Both the position numbers and the translations under genes were made by a program. A stretch of 64,000 nt of DNA from Schmidtea nova (Eukaryota): the NCBI GenBank assembly GCA_044892505.1, contig CM097883.1:175398001-175462000 (forward strand), given 5' to 3'. The notes under the pieces are model-generated. The model was not told the origin of the DNA and searched no databases. It was given only the letters and a program-made list of their open reading frames with translations. Shown here piece after piece: positions 50,548 to 58,400 of this stretch (position 1 is the first letter of the stretch; every line of letters starts with the position of its first letter).

Positions 50548-53500
50548 TCATAATCTCGTCATCATAATCCCATCAACCGACTCAATAGCCTGATTGAAGA
50601 ATAATTTCATCCAAACTCCCATTGCTATCAATGTAGTGATCATAGCTAATACTGCTGACGTAATAATCCATACCCCAATGGGTAATTTTCCCAAGTGAGT
50701 AATGGGGTTTACTTCATTAATTCCACACTGACAACTTTTAATATAGCTTTCTGTTGATACCGTTGGTTTTACCATTTTCAATCCTTTCAATCTCTGCCAT
50801 ATTGCAGGATGAATGACGTAACTTTCTTTCCGTATCAAGGATGTAACTGATTTCGTTGTCGTCGATGATTGAGGTAATTTCAAAGAGATTACTTCATAAA
50901 ATACCTCATTCCATTCATCGACTCCGGGCTTTTGTTTATTATTCATATAAGTGATATGAGCTTCCCACTCCACTGAGCTGTTCCACTTGAGATTTTGTTT
51001 CTCAATATCTTCGTTTAGCCACAATTCTTGTACTATTTCCTTGTCGGAGTGGATTTCTATCTTTACTCCATCCACTCCTTGTTTTGGTTGACTGAAGGTA
51101 ATCATACCTTGTTGGATATTTATCCTAACTTTCCTTTTGAAATCTGCTGTCTTCAGCTTCCATTGTGACTTGGAAAAATCTGACCATCGTCCAAACATAA
51201 AATGTTGAACAAGTATATCTAATAAATATTCCTTTTCTGCTCGTAAGTCCTTTATGACTTTCACTCTTGTGTTTGAATCCAATGTAAAATGGAAACAACG
51301 TCGTTCACAAAACGAGAACTTGAATTTGGTATCATTTTCAGCTAATGATATTATCCTAAATTCCTGGAAAGATCTTCTGAATGCGAGATCTTGGATTTGT
51401 ACCGCTGTTGGAACAAATGTTTTTACACATGATATGAGGCAACTTATTATTACCAAAAACGTAACTGATTTTGGCACGCCTCTTGATCGTAATGGATATC
51501 GGTCTGAGACTGTTTCTGACCCTTTATTCTCCTTTTTCTTAATCGAATCTTTCTCCGTGACCGCAACCTTCTTGCATCTGTTAGCATGTACCATTATTGG
51601 TTCAGCTTTTCTATTTGCTACTAATTGCAAGATTAAATTCGTGTCTGTGGTTCTCAAAACCTCATACGGTCCTTTGAAGTTTCTCATTAATTTAGGTGAT
51701 AAGCCCTTTTTATTATAATGGCTTTCCAACATCACCTTGTCTCCAACTAACATGCCATGTCCTTTGGCTTTCTTATCATGATAATCTTTCGACGCTTCCT
51801 GACTGAATTTTATACTAAGACCTGCTTTTGTCCATGCTTCTTGCATTCTTTCTCTCATTTCCATGAGATAATCCTCTTGGTCTAAATACTGCGTTGCTTT
51901 TGGGAAAAACAACAAGTCTATAGGCATTTTACTTTGCCTTAAATACATGAGATAGAACGGCGTTTGTCCCGTACCCTCATGAACAGCATTTCTGTATGCG
52001 AATAAGCATGATGGAATATGTATATCCCAATCCGTTTGCCCTGAATTTACGTATGATGCTAGCATATTTGCGAGCGTTCCGTTAAATCTCTCTACCAATC
52101 CGTCTGTTTGTGGATGATACGGAGAGGTATTCAATTTTAAAATGTCGAAATAATCATTTATTCCTTTTAACAGATTACTCATGAAATCTGCTCCTCTATC
52201 TGTTAGTAGTTTTGTAGGTACTCCATACCTAAAAACAATTTGCTCTACGAAAATCCTGGCTATCGTATCTGCCTTGTGATTCGGTATCGGATAAGCCTCC
52301 GGCCATTTTGTCAGGTAATCGCAAAATACCAATATGTATTTGTTACCACTATTTGATTCTTTGAATGGCCCTAAAACATCCATTGCCGTCATTTCCATCG
52401 GTGTGGATGGTACTGGCATTGGTTTCATTGGTACATGAGGTTTCTTCCCCGTATTTCTTCTGGTGATACAGATCTTACATGTCTGACACCATTCCTGTAC
52501 GTCTTGTTTGATTGTCGGCCAGAAAGATTTCTGCTTCAACCTTGACAATGTTTTCCTGGAAGACAAATGCCCTCCCAGTGCTCCATCATGATATTGTAAC
52601 ATCAAAGCTTCGCGATATTTCTTAGGGACCATTATGACATTATCCCTTACATCCACATATTTGACTAATCCTTCTTCTAAGATAAATTTGTCTCGATTTT
52701 TCTCCCAATATTTATTAAATTCCGTCGGTATGAACTTTGCTTCTAAAGCCTGTCTGATTTGGTTTATCTCTTCATCCGATTGTTGTGCTGCCATTAAATC
52801 CGCGAGTCTGTTTGCTTCTCTTGTAAGTGCGAAGATTGTTCCTTCTAATCTTCCTTCTTTGACATCTTCTGCTTCATCACCCTGGTCCATTCGAGAAAAT
52901 GCATCTGCATTCCCATTTTGATGTCCTTTTCGGTAATGTATTTCGATGTCGTACGGCTGCAAGATTAATGCCCATCTAACCAATTTTGATGTATCCATAG
53001 TATGCTTTGTTAACCACTGTAATGGTCTATGATCCGTATACACAATGATCTTTCGACCCCATAAATATGTCCTGAATTGGTGTATAGCATACACAATTGC
53101 TAATGCTTCTAATTCGATAACTGCGTAATTCTTTTCATGTGGTTTTAATCCTCTGCTAGCATACGCTATGGCATATTCGTCTCCTAGGTCATCTCTTTGA
53201 CCTAACACAGCACCAATACCCCGAGTGCTGGCGTCTGTCATGACCAAAAATTGTTTCTCAAAATCTGGGAACCGTAATATAGGAGGTTCCACGAGCATCC
53301 TCTTTAGCATATCAAATGCTTCCTGTTGCTCTTTTCCCCATACAAATTTGACATTTTTGCCCTCTAATTGTGTTAAAGGAAATGATATTGCTGAAAAGTT
53401 CCTGATGAACTTCCTGTAATATCCCACTAAGCCCAGAAACCCTTTAATATGTTTGACTGTCTTTGGCTCTGGAAAATTCTTTGCTTTCTCAACATTTGCT

Positions 53501-55068
53501 GGATCTGGTTTTACTCCATCCTTCGAGATAATGTGACCGACATAGACTACCTCTGATTCGGCCCATTTACATTTCGATGGTTTTACCTTAAGATTTGCAT
53601 TAATTAACCTTTTGAATACGTCCTCTAAATGTTCTAAATGTTTTTCCAAATCTGGAGAAAATACTATGATATCATCTATGTATACCATTGCATGATGAAC
53701 ATCCATTAACATTAGATTCATGGCTCTTTGAAACGTTGCCGGCGCTCCTGTGAGACCAAATGGCATTACTGTATATTCGAAGTGTCCAAGGCTTGTAGAA
53801 AAAGCCGTAATTGGTATTGTCTCCTCTTTTAACTTGATTTGGTAAAATCCCTTCTGAGCATCCATCACTGAGAAATATTTTGAATTTCTCCTGCGTCCGT
53901 AAATGTAATCCAGTAATGGTAATGGGTGACTATCCTTGCAAGTTGCTTCGTTTACCATTCGATAGTCGTTGCATAGTCGTACCGTTCCATCCTTTTTGGC
54001 CACCACTATCATTGGTGACTGGTATGGTGATTTACTATGCCTGATGATGTTATGTTTTAACATCAGTTTTACCTGCTTATCGACAGGTTCTTCCAAGCTA
54101 AACGGAATTCGATACGGTCTCAGTTTTATTGGTTTCGTATTGTTAAGAACAATTTCATGTTCCAACAAATTCGTCTTTCCCAAATCATATTCGTGCTTGG
54201 CGAATACCTGATCATATTTTCTTAATAACATGTTGACTTGGATATTCTCTCTTCGTGAAAGAGCTTTACTATTTGCCGTTGGCGCATCATAGTACTCGAT
54301 GTCTGGTTCTCTATTCTCTGCCTTCACTGTCAGGACAGATCCCCCAATCGGTAATTGATCCGACTTTGATACTCTCCCTACTCTTGTATCTGGATACAAT
54401 TTTAATGGTTTTATATCTAAATTGGCTACCCGAATTGGTATTCTGCCATTTTCAACTTTACCAACGCTATGCGTAATTGGTAGATTATATTTTGCTGAGA
54501 ACCTTTCATCTGGTTCGAATACTACTTCTCCTTCCCACTGTTTGCTAGTAGACACGAAACATACTGTTTCTGCTCTGGGTGGTATTATCATCGTATGGTC
54601 GATGAAAACTGTATCATCATTATAAACTTTTCTTTTCTTACCGATTGATCTAACTAACAATCCGGTAGCACAGTCAAATACAACTCCTTTTAATCTTCTT
54701 AAAAGATCCATTTCTAGTAGACATTCTACTGGACAAGTTCTCATGACTATAATATCATGACGAAATTCTTGGTCACATAGCTTGATGTTGCAAGCTAGAG
54801 TACCGATAATATTCAAGGATGTGCCTGTAGCACCTGTTAGCGAAACTCTTGAGGTTTCCATTGATTCCAATTCTTTTTGATTTAATAGTGTTGCCTCTAT
54901 GATAGTGCCGTCTGCTCCTGAATCTATCACTGCATTAACTGTGTGTCTGTTTATTTTTATCTTTATCATGGGTTTCTTATCCAAGTTTACCCCATTTGCC
55001 ATCAAAATAGTAGCATGCGTTATCCCGATGGTATTTGCTCTGAATTTCTCTGCTTCATCTGCTATCAC
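50548..55068 (-). CDS. pol: Pol polyprotein: aspartic protease, RT, RNase H, integrase, plus C-terminal type I membrane protein
   Basis: IDSGA; RLCNDYR, MPFGLTGAPATFQR, YIDD; TDAS...ELEALAI; HHCC, DVLGP, TDRG, DGLVERFNGTL, GPY; frame opens at GTG right after a TGA, first ATG at 55002. Confidence 0.97.
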   Translation of the reverse strand: MIADEAEKFRANTIGITHATILMANGVNLDKKPMIKIKINRHTVNAVIDSGADGTIIEATLLNQKELESMETSRVSLTGATGTSLNIIGTLACNIKLCDQEFRHDIIVMRTCPVECLLEMDLLRRLKGVVFDCATGLLVRSIGKKRKVYNDDTVFIDHTMIIPPRAETVCFVSTSKQWEGEVVFEPDERFSAKYNLPITHSVGKVENGRIPIRVANLDIKPLKLYPDTRVGRVSKSDQLPIGGSVLTVKAENREPDIEYYDAPTANSKALSRRENIQVNMLLRKYDQVFAKHEYDLGKTNLLEHEIVLNNTKPIKLRPYRIPFSLEEPVDKQVKLMLKHNIIRHSKSPYQSPMIVVAKKDGTVRLCNDYRMVNEATCKDSHPLPLLDYIYGRRRNSKYFSVMDAQKGFYQIKLKEETIPITAFSTSLGHFEYTVMPFGLTGAPATFQRAMNLMLMDVHHAMVYIDDIIVFSPDLEKHLEHLEDVFKRLINANLKVKPSKCKWAESEVVYVGHIISKDGVKPDPANVEKAKNFPEPKTVKHIKGFLGLVGYYRKFIRNFSAISFPLTQLEGKNVKFVWGKEQQEAFDMLKRMLVEPPILRFPDFEKQFLVMTDASTRGIGAVLGQRDDLGDEYAIAYASRGLKPHEKNYAVIELEALAIVYAIHQFRTYLWGRKIIVYTDHRPLQWLTKHTMDTSKLVRWALILQPYDIEIHYRKGHQNGNADAFSRMDQGDEAEDVKEGRLEGTIFALTREANRLADLMAAQQSDEEINQIRQALEAKFIPTEFNKYWEKNRDKFILEEGLVKYVDVRDNVIMVPKKYREALMLQYHDGALGGHLSSRKTLSRLKQKSFWPTIKQDVQEWCQTCKICITRRNTGKKPHVPMKPMPVPSTPMEMTAMDVLGPFKESNSGNKYILVFCDYLTKWPEAYPIPNHKADTIARIFVEQIVFRYGVPTKLLTDRGADFMSNLLKGINDYFDILKLNTSPYHPQTDGLVERFNGTLANMLASYVNSGQTDWDIHIPSCLFAYRNAVHEGTGQTPFYLMYLRQSKMPIDLLFFPKATQYLDQEDYLMEMRERMQEAWTKAGLSIKFSQEASKDYHDKKAKGHGMLVGDKVMLESHYNKKGLSPKLMRNFKGPYEVLRTTDTNLILQLVANRKAEPIMVHANRCKKVAVTEKDSIKKKENKGSETVSDRYPLRSRGVPKSVTFLVIISCLISCVKTFVPTAVQIQDLAFRRSFQEFRIISLAENDTKFKFSFCERRCFHFTLDSNTRVKVIKDLRAEKEYLLDILVQHFMFGRWSDFSKSQWKLKTADFKRKVRINIQQGMITFSQPKQGVDGVKIEIHSDKEIVQELWLNEDIEKQNLKWNSSVEWEAHITYMNNKQKPGVDEWNEVFYEVISLKLPQSSTTTKSVTSLIRKESYVIHPAIWQRLKGLKMVKPTVSTESYIKSCQCGINEVNPITHLGKLPIGVWIITSAVLAMITTLIAMGVWMKLFFNQAIESVDGIMMTRL

Positions 55069-55414
55069 TCAATTTTGGATTATATTCCTTGAATTTAGCT
55101 TTTATTGCTTCTAACGACTCGATAGGATACAGTTTCCCTTCATTTTCTAACGATAATGATATGCTTTTACCTGTTTCTCGAGCATCTTTGTCGGGAATTT
55201 GTTGATGTTTAGAAATGTACATTTTGTTTCTTGGTATGGTTAAAGCATAACTTGGCTTGCCTTCTCCTGATGTCTTTTGAAACTCTGGCGATTCCCCCTT
55301 TGGTGCTGTTGGTAAGCTTCTAAGATATGGCAATTGCATATATCTTGGGCTTCTTTTCAATCTAGGCGATGTTGTATTTAATTGCAAATTTCTGGTCTGC
55401 ACTATCGTATTCAT
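55055..55414 (-). CDS. 119-aa linker ORF overlapping the end of ORF1 and the start of pol
   Basis: Overlaps ORF1 by 53 nt and pol by 14 nt; preceded by a TTTCAG acceptor; no recognisable domain. Confidence 0.45.
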   Translation of the reverse strand: MNTIVQTRNLQLNTTSPRLKRSPRYMQLPYLRSLPTAPKGESPEFQKTSGEGKPSYALTIPRNKMYISKHQQIPDKDARETGKSISLSLENEGKLYPIESLEAIKAKFKEYNPKLSDSR

Positions 55415-58400
55415 CTTCTGAAATCATACTTTTGTCGAAAATCTGTTTTGTCGCTTCGTAAGGTGGTTGATAATCTCGATATTTCATTTTCCTTAATTGA
55501 TGATTCGGTTTTTTATTGTAGTTTCTTTTTCGACTTCTACTTTGCCTCTGAACTGTATTAAGAGAGTCTCCATTACCTCCTCCTTCCGAATTGTTATCGT
55601 CCCGATAACTTGTATTACCCTCCATTTCGATTCCAATAATCTCGTGTTTTACCAAGCTTCTCTGTTTGATTGTCTTTATTTCTTTACGATGATGTTTAAA
55701 CAATGCAAATTCCGCACACATAGGACACAATCCTAGTATCAACTTCCAAGACCATCCACCGATTTTGAATATGCTGTATGTGGAAATTAATTGTGTTATT
55801 ATTAACTTTAGAATTACGAATATTGCATATATTCCGGAGCAGCCTGCCACGAATATACCAAAATTGGTAAACCTTCCCCATATTTTCATCATCACATTTT
55901 TAGCTGCTTCTTTATAATGATCTGGACCGAATAATAAATTGTAATCTGGTCTCATTTCGTTTGCTTGGTAAATTGTTCTTATGATTTCAGTGATACCTCT
56001 TTCTCTTACTTGAGGGAATAGCAATGTCTGTCTTGCCTCCTCAATGTCTGCTGGAGTGTAAATTCCTCCTTGTGATAATTCATCGAGTGATTTAAATTCC
56101 ATGTTTTCCTCGAGTTTCGTGACTTCTAATGTTTCCACCTTTCTATTAGATGGTTTTCTGTCAGGTAATGAGATCCATCTATCATTTACCTTGTATAACG
56201 GTGATATTGCTGGATTGCAAATTGAAGGTTGAGGCTTTTGTTTTTCATCCAAAAGTCTCCTCGTTACTGGCATTACAAATCGTATTTTGTTTTGATATGA
56301 CACTGGTAATTCTAGAGTACATTCGTTATACCGTGTTAATTGTACCTCTATGGGTTGACATTGATAGCTGTATATAGCTTCCCCCATAATTCTGCCAAAC
56401 ATTCCATCTTCTAGCAACATAGGTGTCACTAGATCCGGATTCACGATTGATATCGCTAATCGATTTCGAACTATTTCGCGATTTAGTTTGCAATCATTGA
56501 GTATTACTTCCTGATACATTTCCTGCATTTGTCCTTGCAGATCATGATATAAATAATCTATTTTATTATTTATATAGTTCGTGATTTTGATATCCTGGCT
56601 GTGAATATTCTTGGCTTTTTGGATAAATGTTTTTGACAAATATAATCCTTTATAGTTGGTCTCGTACACCACTTTTCCGCATTTTGTCTTCTTATCTTTT
56701 CTGACAAATCTGATTGCATCTTTCTTATCTTCTGATACTAATACTAGAGGTGTGATTTCCTCACTAATATCCTCTTTTTGCTGTTTGTTGATCCTTTTCA
56801 ACGTCTTTTCTTTATCCCAAATTCTTTCTCTTTTGGGTAAATCTCGATACTTTGTCCCGTTCAACTTATGGAAATTAATTTTCTTTAGTAATGACAATTC
56901 GCAATGGTCTAGTATTTGATCGTATAATAATGTAATGACCCCTGTTCTGCAGCTTCCAAATTTCGCAAGGCACTGAGGGTGTGCCATTAATCTTCCTGAT
57001 AATACATCGAAAGTTCCTTCGTATTCTCTTAATTCGATTGAATAGTCCTCGATATCTACGACAAAACTTACCAACTCCGATCCGCGAGTTTTCTTTCTTC
57101 CCGTACAGGTACCATCTGATCCGATTGATCCTCCTCGTGTAATGGTTACTCCCAGTGTTTTTCCTACTTCCGCGGCGATGGTTACCTCGTTATCGATTCT
57201 TAAAGTACCTTTTCGAAAGGCGTCTAGACAATCCTCTGGTAATATGTTGACAGGTCTAGGTATTAGAGTGGCTGATAGAAAAGCTGTATAGCTGTGTGAA
57301 CCACAATAATATTCAAATGTCGCTCTTTGGACTCTACATTCTCTTATCTTAGTTCTGAAGAATTCACTTTCTTGGTAGACATAGTATTCGACCTTTTCTC
57401 CTGTTTGGACTTTCTCTGGATATGCCTCTTTGCACTCAATTGCATCCACGAGCGAATATATCCGAGCTAACTTTGGATCACTGCAATCAAACGCTGTCAT
57501 TGTGTTTGTCTGTTTCATTATCCCCATCATTACTAAAAACATTAATATCATATTCGTCATATTCCCCATTCCTCCATTTCCGAGGTGGTTGTTATTCATA
57601 ACCTCTTCCACAAATTCATATCGTGGTTTATGTTTCTCCTCTTCCCAGAAATTATTTTCACTCATCCACGTTCCGAGATAATGCTCCGTTATCTCCGTGA
57701 TCTGGTCTATTTCTCGATTAATAAGTTTCTTCTCATTGCCTGCGCGGGCTAAGGCATCTTGAATCAACATAGATAATGCTGTCACTATTTTTCCTTTAGA
57801 TAACCCATCTTGTATGAGTGTCTCTAACATACTCTGTATCTCGTTTTGAGGTACCATTTTAGGTAATCTCCTCATCGTCTTCGCGATTGACTGTGTCACT
57901 TTATCCACTTGAATTCCTTTAATCCGAGTGATCTGCCATTCCGGCTTTAATATTCCTATGATCTGTTTTAATCTCTTCCATGTCAGAGATTTTTCTGGTA
58001 TATGTACTCCCTCGTCTCTCATATCAACATCCCTGGCTATTCCTGACAGGGTTTTCATCTGAACCTGTTTAATGGTTTCTTGGTTTAATTGCTCCGTTGG
58101 GGGAGGTTTCATTTGATCTTTCCTAGGCCTTCCTCGCCTATCTTTCTTTGTCTGCCATGCTGGCCTGATAGTTTCTACCGCCTGAGAAGTTGAAGCTCCC
58201 ACGTTAGTTTCCTCATTATTGAGTCTGATTTCTTCTTCTCCGTGATTATCGGCATCGATATCTACATTAAATGGTTGTGTTTCGACGTTACCAGTGACCA
58301 TTTCATCTGGTAACCGTAATGCTGACCATTGAGATTCAGGTGGCTCTACGGGAATGATTGCTACCGTTGTAGTTTCAAATGGTAGACATCCCACATCTAC

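Noticed and set aside
51254-57681. Plus-strand ORFs antisense to pol and ORF1
   Set aside because: Shadow ORFs of long coding frames; no independent features
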